A DNA stretch of 64,000 nt from an uncultured Bacilli bacterium (GCA_947598325.1 CANQFD010000002.1:26765-90764); one strand, 5' to 3'. Shown: positions 9,418 through 20,253, counted from the stretch's first letter. The notes: a model not told the origin generated them from the letters alone. A program made the numbers and translations.

Positions 9418-10293
9418 TTAATAATTTTTCATATTTATAGTATATGGATTTAATTGTGATCCATCACCATTTTCTATCACAACATTATTTTTAAGTTTGA
9501 TGACATATTTAATACATGCCCCTTCATTTGATGCTGGTATATATATATCTGAATTTACACTATCTATTATTTCATAATCATTTTCAGTTTTTATCCAAAT
9601 ATTTTTATTGCCTTTGATATATGTATCATCATTTATAAAACTATTAATATATAAATCTTTTGTTATTACATCTAACTTAGATGCCATTATTTTTTTCATA
9701 TATACATCATATTTATCATTATATGTTGTTGATAAATTTGATTTAATATTATTCTTTTTAATTGTTTTATCACAATTTTCTTTTATTATATACATATATC
9801 CCATTTTATCAACTTTAATTATTCTATATATTTCTTGATTAAAACTTATATAATTTTTAGCTTCTGTGCCTTTATAGATATATTCATCATTTTCATAATA
9901 AATTCCATCTTTAGAATTTAATTTTTTAACTAATTCTAAAATTGTACTACCACTTATATAATATAATTTTATTTTTCCATTCTCATTAGATACTATTACT
10001 TTTGTATCATCATCATATTTTTTTCCTGTAAGTGGATTTTTTACATCTTTACTTATATATCCACTTTCTATTAATTCACCTACTGTATACTCAGTAATAG
10101 TATTAGATACATTACTTACATCAGCTGAATATTTATTTTCAGCACTTTTTAATATTCTATCTTTAGATTCATTAAAAGAAATATATCTAGACTGTTCTAC
10201 AGAATTTAATATCATTGGACATATTATAAATATTAGAATTAATATTATAACAACCGAAGTTATACATAATATTATTTTATTATTTTTACTCAA
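9418..10293 (-). CDS. Hypothetical N-terminally membrane-anchored extracellular protein
   Basis: ORF with one N-terminal hydrophobic helix (IILCITSVVIILILIFIICPMIL). The post-helix segment looks pseudopilin-like but there is no G-F-T-L-x-E prepilin motif. It overlaps the upstream gene by 4 nt. Confidence 0.6.
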   Translation of the reverse strand: MSKNNKIILCITSVVIILILIFIICPMILNSVEQSRYISFNESKDRILKSAENKYSADVSNVSNTITEYTVGELIESGYISKDVKNPLTGKKYDDDTKVIVSNENGKIKLYYISGSTILELVKKLNSKDGIYYENDEYIYKGTEAKNYISFNQEIYRIIKVDKMGYMYIIKENCDKTIKKNNIKSNLSTTYNDKYDVYMKKIMASKLDVITKDLYINSFINDDTYIKGNKNIWIKTENDYEIIDSVNSDIYIPASNEGACIKYVIKLKNNVVIENGDGSQLNPYTINMKNY

Positions 10294-12101
10294 TTAGACC
10301 CCTCCTGTTTCAATTCATATATTTTTTTTCCACTATAATTATAATAATTATCTGATGCAACTATATAATTTTCATAAACATCTACAGAGTCTTTAACTTT
10401 TATAGATAGTTCTTCCATACTATCCAAATTTACCAATAAAGTCTCATCCTTGTATTTAGCCATTATAATTGGATATTTAGTAGATAAAATATCAAAAGAA
10501 TCATACACTGGTTTTAACATTATTTTACCATCTGAATTGATTATACCATATTTATTATTTACAGAAAATATGAATAATTCCTGTTTATTTATACTTTTAA
10601 TATTTTTAAATAAATCCTCATCTAATAAAATAATTTCATCATATATAGTTTTAATAACTTCTTTACCATCATTACGTAAAACTCCATAATTTCCATCATT
10701 ACAAACAACAGCATATCCATAACTAGAAAAATCTGACGTTTCTTCATAGTCTTTTTCTGTTATTTTTTTACCATTTTTTGAAATAAAATTATATTTATTA
10801 TCTTTTGAATAAACTTTCATATATCCATTTACAAATGTATCATCAACAGGTTTTATATCACTAAATTCTCCAAATTTTTTATTTGGATTCATAATAGTAT
10901 ATTCATCTTTATTTGTATTAAAATTATGTGTCATCTGAAGAACCACACCATCTGAATAATTATATTCATTGTTAGTATTTGAATTAATAACTTCTCTTGT
11001 TTTTAAATCAATATAATCCTTTTCAGTATTATCTTTTATACCAATTGCAATATTCGAATCAACATCCTCAACTCTAATTCTTTTATAGTTTGACGATTCA
11101 AAAACAACTTTATCATCACTTATGATTAAATATTTATTATTTTCATCATCTTTCTTTGATTTAATATAAAAAACATTATTATCTAAAACATTAATATCAT
11201 CCAATGTATATTTATAAACTTCTTTACCAGTTTTAATATTTACAATCGTTGATGATGAATTTATTTTTATTTTAGCATATTTATCTTTTGATTTTGATGA
11301 TGATGGTTCTACTACTATGTTTCTATCATCTACTTCGTCAACGGTATATGTATATATTTCCTTACCATCACTATTCATTATCCCCATTGTTTCATCTCTT
11401 ATAAATAAGAATAGTCCAGATTTTGAATAACTTAAATTATCATATTTAAAACTAGTTATATCTTTTAAATTTTCATCAAGTAAACCCTGTTTTAATCCCT
11501 TATCTGTAAATTTACTTGCTATATACCTCTTACCATATAAATTTATATAAAAATATGTACCAAATTGTGCTTCTAATTTAGCTCTACCATTTAATATACC
11601 AGATAAATTATTATAATTTTTTACTATTGCATATCCTTTATAAAAATCAGTTCCAGATATATATTTTGGTTTAGCCATAACCTCGCCATCACTATTTATA
11701 TAACCTACTTTGTTATTTTCTTCAATTCTTATTAAGTTAATTCCTTCTGCATTTGTATTTGATATAAATAAATATAAGCCAAGGATTGAAACAAAAACAA
11801 ATGCAAATATAGGAAGTGCAGATGATCCGACCTTAATTTTTTGATATAAATTATCAAATTTATTATTTTCTGTTTTTAATTCATCTAAGTTAATAAAATC
11901 TTTAGCACTAAAATTTTCGTCTGGTATATAACTTTTTATAGGCAAAATTTCTTTTTCTTCTTCAACAGGTAAAGCAATTGCTTCAAACGATTTTGTATCA
12001 TCTAAATTACTAACTTCTTCTTTTTTATTTGAATCAAAAGAGGGTTCAAATGGTAAGTCATCATTTTCTTCCTCTGAAAATGGCAACTCTTCTAGATTCA
12101 T
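10290..12101 (-). CDS. Membrane-anchored WG/KWG-type beta-propeller repeat protein
   Basis: Acidic N-terminus and one TM helix (ALPIFAFVFVSILGLYLFI). Repeated motifs follow: GYINSDGEVMAKPKYI, GIMNSDGKEIYTY, YGVLRNDGKEVIKTIYDEI, YGIINSDGKIMLKPVYDSF. These are typical of WG-containing repeats. Confidence 0.65.
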   Translation of the reverse strand: MNLEELPFSEEENDDLPFEPSFDSNKKEEVSNLDDTKSFEAIALPVEEEKEILPIKSYIPDENFSAKDFINLDELKTENNKFDNLYQKIKVGSSALPIFAFVFVSILGLYLFISNTNAEGINLIRIEENNKVGYINSDGEVMAKPKYISGTDFYKGYAIVKNYNNLSGILNGRAKLEAQFGTYFYINLYGKRYIASKFTDKGLKQGLLDENLKDITSFKYDNLSYSKSGLFLFIRDETMGIMNSDGKEIYTYTVDEVDDRNIVVEPSSSKSKDKYAKIKINSSSTIVNIKTGKEVYKYTLDDINVLDNNVFYIKSKKDDENNKYLIISDDKVVFESSNYKRIRVEDVDSNIAIGIKDNTEKDYIDLKTREVINSNTNNEYNYSDGVVLQMTHNFNTNKDEYTIMNPNKKFGEFSDIKPVDDTFVNGYMKVYSKDNKYNFISKNGKKITEKDYEETSDFSSYGYAVVCNDGNYGVLRNDGKEVIKTIYDEIILLDEDLFKNIKSINKQELFIFSVNNKYGIINSDGKIMLKPVYDSFDILSTKYPIIMAKYKDETLLVNLDSMEELSIKVKDSVDVYENYIVASDNYYNYSGKKIYELKQEGSN

Positions 12102-12251
12102 ATACTCCCTCCTATCTTCTATAATTATAATATCATATATTTCAAATAAAAAAAAGATATAAAATTTAAAAAAATTATTAACTATTAAATATAAGATAAA
12201 TTTATATTTTATATCTTTAAAATAATTTAATAATTTCTTTTATCTATATAG

Positions 12252-13490
12252 TTACTTTCTATTTAATACACATACACACTCAACATGATAAGTTTGTGGA
12301 AACATATCAAATGCACTTATTTCAATTAATTCATATTTTTCCTTTAATACATTTACATCTCTTGCAAGAGTTACTGGATTACATGATATATAAATTATTT
12401 TTTTTGGTTCTATTTCAAGTATAGACTCTAAACTTTTTTTATCACTTCCGCTCCTTGGAGGATCTAAAACAATTGCATCTACCTTTAATTTTTTTAATTC
12501 ATCTATTTTATTTTCTACTTTTCCACAAATAAACTCCGCATTATTTATATTATTTAAAAGTAAATTATTTTTAGCATCCTTTACTGCATCTTTTACTACT
12601 TCTACCCCTATTACTCTTTTTGCTTTTTTTGACAAAAGCATAGTTATTGTTCCTGTTCCTGAATATAAATCTAATATTAAATCAGATTTATCTATATATT
12701 CAAGTGCTTTATTATAAAGATTTTCAGCTACTACAGAATTAACTTGAAAAAATGATTTAGGTGAAATATTAAACATTAAATTATTTAACTTTTTATTCAA
12801 ACTTAATAACCCGTACACTAATTTATTATTTATATATATACTACTTACACCATCTAATGCTTTAATAAATTTATCTATGTATCCTTCTTTAATATTATCA
12901 AGTGATATCATTATATTATTATCACATACTCTTATCATAACTTCATTTATTTCATTATCTTTATTTTTTTTAATAAATTCTCTAATTTTGATTAGACATT
13001 CATTAATCTTTTCATCTGATATTATGCATCTATCAATATCAATAAGTTCATTAGTTTTTGGTTTATAAAAACCTATTTTATCTTTTTTAACTTTAAATAC
13101 TACTTTATTTCTATAATTAAGAATATTATAACTATTAACTTTTTCTAAATCTATATCTATATTACATATCTTTTTAAAAATAGAAATTATTTTATCTTTT
13201 TTAAATTCTAATTGAGACTCATAACTTTGATGCATCAAATTACATCCACCGCATTCATAAAAAAATGGACATTTTGGGGTTTTTCTATTTTGATTTGCTT
13301 CTTTTACCTCAACTAAATCTCCATAAGCATAATTTTTATAAATTTTTATAATTTTTACATTAACTACTTCATTAGGTAATGCATCATTTACAAAAGTAAT
13401 AATTCCATCAATTAATCCAATTCCCAAACCTTCATTATTTTGTCTTAAAATTTTTGTCTCATAAATTTTATTTACTTCCATAATTTCCAC
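12252..13490 (-). CDS. rlmCD: 23S rRNA (uracil-5)-methyltransferase, RumA/RlmCD family (TRAM + Fe-S + SAM methyltransferase)
   Basis: N-terminal TRAM-like region, Cys cluster CPFFYECGGCNLMH, SAM motif LDLYSGTGTI, and a C-terminal DPPRSG...YISCNP signature. Confidence 0.8.
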   Translation of the reverse strand: MEIMEVNKIYETKILRQNNEGLGIGLIDGIITFVNDALPNEVVNVKIIKIYKNYAYGDLVEVKEANQNRKTPKCPFFYECGGCNLMHQSYESQLEFKKDKIISIFKKICNIDIDLEKVNSYNILNYRNKVVFKVKKDKIGFYKPKTNELIDIDRCIISDEKINECLIKIREFIKKNKDNEINEVMIRVCDNNIMISLDNIKEGYIDKFIKALDGVSSIYINNKLVYGLLSLNKKLNNLMFNISPKSFFQVNSVVAENLYNKALEYIDKSDLILDLYSGTGTITMLLSKKAKRVIGVEVVKDAVKDAKNNLLLNNINNAEFICGKVENKIDELKKLKVDAIVLDPPRSGSDKKSLESILEIEPKKIIYISCNPVTLARDVNVLKEKYELIEISAFDMFPQTYHVECVCVLNRK

Positions 13491-13555
13491 CTTTAAATAT
13501 TATACTATATTTTTATAAAATTTGGATAAACTATTCTTATAAAGGAGTTAAAATT

Positions 13556-14950
13556 ATGGATATAGAAAAAATCAAATTATTTCAGAAATATAACCCTGAT
13601 TTAAAGATTAGAGAACTAAAAAATGATAAAATCAGTATTTATGTGATATATTTTGAAACGTTATGTGATTCATCATCTATTAATGACTTTATATTAAAGC
13701 CAATAAATATGAATATTATAAAAACTATAGATGATATAAAGGATAAGATCCCTAGTGGTAATTTAAAAGATATAACTGATGAAAAAACTCTATATGATAC
13801 TCTTTATAATGGTTTTACTATAGTATGTGTAAAAAATAAATTTATATCATTTGAAACTAAATATCCTCTTGATAGTGGCATTAGTGAAGCATCTAATGAA
13901 AAAGTTATAAAAGGTCCTAAAGATGCATTTACAGAAAATTATCAAAATAATATGGGATTAATTAGAAAAAGAATTAGATCTAAGGATTTAAAGATAAATG
14001 AATATGTAATTGGTACATCAAGTAAAACGAAAGTAGCTTTATTTTATGTAGATGGTATTGTAAATAAAGATTTAGTAAATAAAATAGAAAAAAAGTTAAA
14101 AAATATGACTATGGATTATGTTGCTAATAGCAACTATATAACTGAAAATTTAGAAAAAAAAGATTATATGTTACCAACTAATTTAATGACTGAAAGACCA
14201 GATCTTGCTAGTTTTCATCTTATGGAAGGAAGAATAATAATATTAGTTGAAAATACACCACAAGTAATAATATTACCAGCATTTTTTAATGATTTTATAA
14301 AAACCATAGACGATTACTATCAAAATCCTAAAAATGTATCCGTTACAAGAATAATCAGAGTAATTGCACTTATAATTGCAATTTTTACTCCAGCAATTTA
14401 TGTTGCACTTTCCACATTTAATCAAGAAACTTTACCAACAGGAGTTCTTATAAATTTCTCTATTCAAAGAGGAGGAGTTCCATTTCCTACGATTGTTGAA
14501 GCTATTGTTATGTGGTTAATATTTGAAGTATTAAGAGAAGCTGATACTAGAATACCATATGTAATGGGATCATCAATGTCTATTGTAGGAGCACTTGTTG
14601 TTGGACAAGCTGCTGTTGATGCAGGTATGATAACTCCTATTATGATAATAATAATTGCAGTTTCATCAGTTGCATCCTTATTATTTAATGATAATGATAT
14701 TGTTAATGCAATAAGAATATGGAAATTAATTTTCTTACTTTTTGCTGCATTCACTGGTTTATATGGTGTATTTATTGCAAGTTTACTTTTCATAACTAAA
14801 TTATGTTCTATGGAACCATATGGTTTTGATTATACAATTCCAAATGCACCATTTAATAAAAATGAACAAAAAAATAACATTATCTTAACTAAAAAATATA
14901 AATTGAATAAAAGAAATCCATTCTTAACAAAAAATATAGATAGGAGATAA
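13556..14950 (+). CDS. Spore germination protein, GerA (A-subunit) family
   Basis: Family-typical length and motifs (TENYQNNMGLIRKRIR, ERPDLASFHLMEGRIIILVENTP). Membrane C-terminal half. First gene of an A-C-B operon. Confidence 0.85.
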   Translation: MDIEKIKLFQKYNPDLKIRELKNDKISIYVIYFETLCDSSSINDFILKPINMNIIKTIDDIKDKIPSGNLKDITDEKTLYDTLYNGFTIVCVKNKFISFETKYPLDSGISEASNEKVIKGPKDAFTENYQNNMGLIRKRIRSKDLKINEYVIGTSSKTKVALFYVDGIVNKDLVNKIEKKLKNMTMDYVANSNYITENLEKKDYMLPTNLMTERPDLASFHLMEGRIIILVENTPQVIILPAFFNDFIKTIDDYYQNPKNVSVTRIIRVIALIIAIFTPAIYVALSTFNQETLPTGVLINFSIQRGGVPFPTIVEAIVMWLIFEVLREADTRIPYVMGSSMSIVGALVVGQAAVDAGMITPIMIIIIAVSSVASLLFNDNDIVNAIRIWKLIFLLFAAFTGLYGVFIASLLFITKLCSMEPYGFDYTIPNAPFNKNEQKNNIILTKKYKLNKRNPFLTKNIDRR

Positions 14951-14953
14951 CAA

Positions 14954-16090
14954 ATGAAAAAAATATTTATTATTTTATTAATATTTTTAGTAAGTGGTTG
15001 TTATAACTACAAAGAATTAAATCAAATATCAATAGTTAGTTCTATAGCAATTGATAAAGCTGATGATGAATATAAAGTAAGTGCACAAATTATGAATGCT
15101 AAAGAAGATGAAGAAAGTGAAAATAGTCAAGTAATAGTATATACCGAAAATGGAAAAACAATTAATGAAGCACTTAGAAAAATGATTTTAAAAGCCCCTA
15201 ATAATTTATATGGTGGACATTTAAGTAAACTTGTCTTATCTGAAGAAGTTGCTAAAGAAGGTATTATAAATGTCTTGGATTTATTCCAAAGATTAACTGA
15301 AGTAAGAAACGAATTTACTATCACAGTTGCTAAAGGTATTGATGCATCTGATGTTATTAAAGTTATGACCTCCCCTGAATCAATTCCAGCAGAGTATGTT
15401 ACAAATTCTCTAAAATCTGCAGATGTTTCAAGTGCTCTTACTTATTCTACTAAACTTGATGAATTTGTATCTCTTTATTTAAAAGATTATATAGATCCTG
15501 TCATTGCAATAATAGAAGTAAAGGACTATGAAAAAAAAGGTACAACAATGGATAACACATCCACAACTGATCCAATATCAAAATTAGTCCTTGGAAATAT
15601 TGCTATTACAAAAGATGGTAAACTTGAAAAATATTTAACTGAAAATGAAACAATAGGATACAATTTTGTTAAGAACCAAGTTCAAGAAATGATTATACCA
15701 GTTAAATGTGATAATAATAGCTATTCTTCTATATCTATACTTGAAAATAAGACTAAAACTAATGTAGATAGAGTTAATAATAAATATAAAGTTAATATTA
15801 ATATTACATCAAGTGCTGTAATTTCAGAATATAATTGTGTGAATAATATTACAAATGAAAAAAACATAAAAAAACTAGAAAAAGAAACTGAAAAAAAGAT
15901 AAAATATTACGTTAATAAATCAATTAATGCACAAAAGGAATCTAAAGGAAGATTTCTAGGACTTGAAAGAACTATATATTTGGACTATCCAGAATATAAA
16001 AATGAAGATTTTGATATAAAAGTTAATGTAAGTGTAAATTTATCAAGAAAAGGCGAAACAAGAAATTCCAGTAAAGGAGCTAAAAGATAA
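14954..16090 (+). CDS. Spore germination lipoprotein, Ger(x)C family
   Basis: Lipobox LVSGC at the N-terminus. Starts 4 nt after the A subunit. The middle region is Ger(x)C-like. Confidence 0.8.
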   Translation: MKKIFIILLIFLVSGCYNYKELNQISIVSSIAIDKADDEYKVSAQIMNAKEDEESENSQVIVYTENGKTINEALRKMILKAPNNLYGGHLSKLVLSEEVAKEGIINVLDLFQRLTEVRNEFTITVAKGIDASDVIKVMTSPESIPAEYVTNSLKSADVSSALTYSTKLDEFVSLYLKDYIDPVIAIIEVKDYEKKGTTMDNTSTTDPISKLVLGNIAITKDGKLEKYLTENETIGYNFVKNQVQEMIIPVKCDNNSYSSISILENKTKTNVDRVNNKYKVNINITSSAVISEYNCVNNITNEKNIKKLEKETEKKIKYYVNKSINAQKESKGRFLGLERTIYLDYPEYKNEDFDIKVNVSVNLSRKGETRNSSKGAKR

Positions 16091-17169
16091 TGAATACAAA
16101 AATTAGTAATAAAGGATTTGCAAGTCTATTATATTTCTTATCACAATCAATGTTTTTAGGAGTTGGTATTACACAAATTTTAAATTCCTCTGAACAAAGC
16201 AGTCCATTATCTATAATATTAGGTTTTTTAATAGGTTTTTTAATTTTATATTTTTTTATAAAGTTATTTAATTATGAAAAAGATTTAGATCTATTTAAAA
16301 AAATAGAAAAATTATTTGGAAAAACATTTGGAAATATATTAAATATAATTTTAGTCTTACTATTTATATTATATTTTATTTATACACTATGGAGTATTCA
16401 ATTATATATTCAAAATAAATATTTAGATAAAACTCCTAGTATAATAATACTACTTTTATTTCTAATGCCTGTAATATATTCTGTAAATAGCGGTGTTAAA
16501 ACTATATGTAAAGTATCACTAATAATATTTTTTATAGCAATAATAGAAATTCTTCTTTCTATTTTTGGACTTACTAGTTTTATAGAAATTGATAATTTAA
16601 AACCATTCTTTACTATTCCATTTTCTACTATACTAAAAAATTCATTATATTTTATATCCTATTTTTTAACACCTATAATATTAATGTTAACTATTCCAAA
16701 AAACCAAATTGAAAATCAAAATAAATTAAATAAAAGAATAATTGGATTTTATATATTTGGTTGTATAAACTTCCTATTATTATTTACATTTATAATAAGC
16801 ATATTTGGTATAGAACTAGCTAAATTATTCTATTATCCTGAATTTACACTTATAAAGAGAATAAATTATTTTGATTTTATTCAGCATGTTGAAAATATTT
16901 TATCTACACAATGGTTATTTAGTCTATTTATAAGTTCAGTTATGAGTTTGTTTTTCATAAAAAGCTATTTAAATCATAAAAATATTGATAGAAAAAAAAT
17001 ATATTATCCACTTATAATAATTATATTAATTATATCCACAATGTTATTTAAAAATACAACTATCGCATATGATATAGTTAAAAATTACTTTGTTTTTATA
17101 TATACAATACCTATATTTTTACTTATAATTATTAGTTTAATAGTAGTAAAAAGAAATAGAATTTCCTAG
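16090..17169 (+). CDS. Spore germination permease, GerAB (B-subunit, APC-like) family
   Basis: Polytopic membrane protein of ~10 TM helices. Its start overlaps the stop of the C subunit. Confidence 0.8.
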   Translation: MNTKISNKGFASLLYFLSQSMFLGVGITQILNSSEQSSPLSIILGFLIGFLILYFFIKLFNYEKDLDLFKKIEKLFGKTFGNILNIILVLLFILYFIYTLWSIQLYIQNKYLDKTPSIIILLLFLMPVIYSVNSGVKTICKVSLIIFFIAIIEILLSIFGLTSFIEIDNLKPFFTIPFSTILKNSLYFISYFLTPIILMLTIPKNQIENQNKLNKRIIGFYIFGCINFLLLFTFIISIFGIELAKLFYYPEFTLIKRINYFDFIQHVENILSTQWLFSLFISSVMSLFFIKSYLNHKNIDRKKIYYPLIIIILIISTMLFKNTTIAYDIVKNYFVFIYTIPIFLLIIISLIVVKRNRIS

Positions 17170-17196
17170 TAATATTTTCTTTATAATTTTTAAATC

Positions 17197-18042
17197 TTAT
17201 TTTATATCATCTTTATTTATGTTTCTCTTATAATGAAACATATATTGTATTATAAGACCTGAATATTCTTTGTATTTATCTTTAGTAAATTTTTTTATAT
17301 TTTTTACACCATTTATATTATAGGTATCATTCATATATTTTTTTACCCAAGTATCTATAGGAAATACATCAAATCTAGAATATCCAAATAAAAGTATGCA
17401 GGAAGCTACCTTTTCTCCTATTCCTTTATTTTTCATAAGATAATTCATCGCATCATCTGATTTCATATTAGAAATAGATTCTATGTCTATTTCTTTATTA
17501 TTAATTTTGTTTATAAACTCATATATGTATGTATCTCTAAATCCTGTTTTTAATTCTCTTAGTTGTTCTTTTGTACAGTTTTTCATGTCATAACTACTTG
17601 GAAATAGATAATAATTTTTTCCTTCAAAAACAATTTGTCTTCCATATGTTTCAGCTATGTTATTAAGTACTTTTTGTATTTGAGGAACTCTATTATTCGC
17701 AGAAACCATATAGCTTATAATTGTTTCAAATTTCGGACTATTTATTATTTTAAATCCTTTACATGCATTTACTGTTTCTTCTAATGATGAATCAATATCT
17801 ATTATTGACTTATTTAACTTATCATAATTTCTATCTAAATCTAAATAATCCCTTATAACTTTTTCTAAATTATCTTCTTTGTTTGATTTTACTATTAAAG
17901 TATTTTTATCTTGTTTTATATTAACTACTCTATCATACAGTATCACTGTATATGAGTTATCATCTTCCTCTATAAATCTAAATATTTGTCCACAAGTAAT
18001 TGTATCTTTTAAATTAATATCTACATTATTTATTACAACCAT
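17197..18042 (-). CDS. ogg: 8-oxoguanine DNA glycosylase / HhH-GPD base-excision glycosylase
   Basis: Motif CGQIFRF near the N-terminus and an HhH-GPD region (GIGEKVASCILLFGY...FPIDTW). Start moved to the ATG at 18042, preceded by RBS AAAGGTGG. The track start at 18060 would place that RBS inside codons. Confidence 0.75.
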   Translation of the reverse strand: MVVINNVDINLKDTITCGQIFRFIEEDDNSYTVILYDRVVNIKQDKNTLIVKSNKEDNLEKVIRDYLDLDRNYDKLNKSIIDIDSSLEETVNACKGFKIINSPKFETIISYMVSANNRVPQIQKVLNNIAETYGRQIVFEGKNYYLFPSSYDMKNCTKEQLRELKTGFRDTYIYEFINKINNKEIDIESISNMKSDDAMNYLMKNKGIGEKVASCILLFGYSRFDVFPIDTWVKKYMNDTYNINGVKNIKKFTKDKYKEYSGLIIQYMFHYKRNINKDDIK

Positions 18043-18124
18043 ACTACCACCTTTAAACATTTTAACATATTATGTATAATTTTTAAATTGCAAGCCATAA
18101 TAATATTGAAGGAGATTGATTAAT

Positions 18125-18400
18125 ATGTCATGTAAAAATAAAAATAATGAAAATAAAAAGAAGGATAAAAAAATAGTTTGTGAATCATGCAAATGTTCTT
18201 ATGATGAAAATAACAAATTAAAAGTTGAATGTACTGGATGTGAAAATGATGATGATATGACTATAATTTGTGAATCATGCAACTGTATAGAAAGCGATGA
18301 TGATAAAAAAGAGGTTTGTTTAAAAAAATGTTCATGTGATGGATGTGAAGAAGATACTGTTTATATTACTTGTACAGAATATGAAGAAGATTTAGATTAA
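18125..18400 (+). CDS. Small acidic cysteine-rich protein (14 Cys, repeated CESCxC / CxxC motifs)
   Basis: MSCKNKNNENKKKDKKIVCESCKCSYDENNKLKVECTGCENDDDMTIICESCNCIESDDDKKEVCLKKCSCDGCEEDTVYITCTEYEEDLD. GGAG lies 10 nt upstream of the ATG at 18125. Confidence 0.6.
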   Translation: MSCKNKNNENKKKDKKIVCESCKCSYDENNKLKVECTGCENDDDMTIICESCNCIESDDDKKEVCLKKCSCDGCEEDTVYITCTEYEEDLD

Positions 18401-18434
18401 TTTTAAATCTTTTTATTATAGGAGAATTTTAAAT

Positions 18435-18953
18435 ATGGAATTACTTATAATGTGTACAAAAATATTTTTTGGAAGACTTTTTGATGTTTCACTTGGAACA
18501 CTAGTTACTATATATGTAGTTAAAAATAAAAGAACCTTAGCAACTATTATAGGTTTTATAGATGTTCTTATTTGGTTTATTGTCGTAAAAGAAGCACTTA
18601 ATACTAATAATCAAAGTTTGTGGATAGCACTTTCATATGCTTCAGGATATGCGATAGGTACTTATGTTGGAAGTGGCTTATCACAATTATTTAGTAAAGG
18701 AACAGTAAGTGTACAAATTATAACAAAAAATATAAAAAACGAAGTAACAAAAATGCTTAAAGAATCTGGATATTCAGCATCTATAATAGAATGCAAAGGT
18801 TTATATAACGAAGAAAATAGCTATATGATTTACGCACAAATAGAAAATAAGAAACTAAAGGATTTTAAAGAACTGATTACTAAAATAGATAATAATGCAT
18901 TCATTACAGTTACAGAAAGTAAAGAAATGTTAAATGGATATCTTGGAAAATAA
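18435..18953 (+). CDS. UPF0316-type membrane protein (DUF2179 C-terminal domain)
   Basis: Three N-terminal TM helices plus a soluble C-terminal domain (VQIITKNIKNEVTKMLKESGYSASIIECKGLY...). This resembles the UPF0316/DUF2179 family. Confidence 0.55.
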   Translation: MELLIMCTKIFFGRLFDVSLGTLVTIYVVKNKRTLATIIGFIDVLIWFIVVKEALNTNNQSLWIALSYASGYAIGTYVGSGLSQLFSKGTVSVQIITKNIKNEVTKMLKESGYSASIIECKGLYNEENSYMIYAQIENKKLKDFKELITKIDNNAFITVTESKEMLNGYLGK

Positions 18954-19028
18954 AAATTCTTAATTGCTAAAATAGTATAAAAAAATAGACAAAAGTCTAT
19001 TTTTTTAGTCAAAAGTTAAATTTTATTT

Positions 19029-19760
19029 TTATTCTATTAAAATACTTATAACTAATATTATAAATCCTATAAAAATCCCAAATATGGATAACAATTTATT
19101 TTTACAATGAAATAAATGCGGTATAAGCTCAAATATAATTATATAAATAAGCATTCCAAGAGTTATGCATATAAGTATTCCTATAATAGTTTCACTAAGT
19201 AATGGGCTTATAAGCATCATAAGAAGACCCCCAATAAGAGTTGAAAATACTGTAAATAATAATATAATTACTCTTTTCTTAGTATTCTCATTTTTTAATG
19301 TTGAATAAATTACCATACCCATTGGTATATTATGAAGGCCTACTCCTAATGAAACTATTAAACCAAGTTTTAAAGATTCTATAGTCATACTATAAACAGC
19401 CATACCTTCAATTATATTATGAAGAATAATTGCTACTGAAGAAACTACTCCAATATGAATTAAATTATCTTTTGAGCAATCATGTGAAAATCCAAACTCG
19501 TGATCATGTTCTGGTATAAATTTATCTAATATTTTTAGTATTAATATACCTAATAAAATCGATATAATTATTATATATTTTTTTGATTTAAATGTTTCTA
19601 AAACCTCAGGTAATAATTCTAATAACACTAATGATAACATAGTCCCAAGTGCAATAGATATAGATAATTGTTCTACTGTTTTACTATTATTTGATAATTT
19701 AATTACTAATACACCTATTAATATAAATATTCCTAAAATAAAAGTTATTAAAAGTGCCAT
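19029..19760 (-). CDS. zupT: ZIP-family divalent metal (zinc) transporter
   Basis: Polytopic protein with ZIP signatures HNIIEGMAV and GVGLHNIPMGM, and a His-rich loop (EHDHEFGFSHD). Confidence 0.75.
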   Translation of the reverse strand: MALLITFILGIFILIGVLVIKLSNNSKTVEQLSISIALGTMLSLVLLELLPEVLETFKSKKYIIIISILLGILILKILDKFIPEHDHEFGFSHDCSKDNLIHIGVVSSVAIILHNIIEGMAVYSMTIESLKLGLIVSLGVGLHNIPMGMVIYSTLKNENTKKRVIILLFTVFSTLIGGLLMMLISPLLSETIIGILICITLGMLIYIIIFELIPHLFHCKNKLLSIFGIFIGFIILVISILIE

Positions 19761-19818
19761 ATAACCACCTATTTGTAATTATAACAAAAAAAGGATATAA
19801 TTTATACCCTTTTTTTAT

Positions 19819-20205
19819 TTATTTTATTTCAATATTTTTCTTAGTTTCTACCTTTTCAGCCTTAGGTATTACTAAAGTTAATGTACCATCATTATATTCT
19901 GCAGATATTTCATCTTCCTTTATATCTCCAAAATTAAATGATCTTTCACATCTTTCAAATTTTCTCTCACGTCTTATATACTTCTTGTCATCATCATCAT
20001 TAGTTTCTTCATTTTTTTCGCATGATATATTTATTATACCATTATCACATTCAATCTTTATATCTTCTTTAGAAAATCCTGGAATATCCATAACTACATT
20101 ATAATTTCCATCCTTTTCATAAATATCACATTTCATCATTTTTTTAAACTTATTATCCTCAAAATCATCTAAAAAATTATCGAAAAATATTCTACTTGGT
20201 AACAT
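19819..20205 (-). CDS. Small heat-shock protein, Hsp20/alpha-crystallin family
   Basis: Alpha-crystallin core (MKCDIYEKDGNYNVVMDIPGFSKEDIKIE...AEYNDGTLTLVIPK). Only 48 nt downstream of htpG with no obvious terminator, so probably co-transcribed. Confidence 0.85.
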   Translation of the reverse strand: MLPSRIFFDNFLDDFEDNKFKKMMKCDIYEKDGNYNVVMDIPGFSKEDIKIECDNGIINISCEKNEETNDDDDKKYIRRERKFERCERSFNFGDIKEDEISAEYNDGTLTLVIPKAEKVETKKNIEIK

Positions 20206-20253
20206 ATTATCATTCCTCCCTTTTTTATTATGTACCTTTATATTTTATATATT

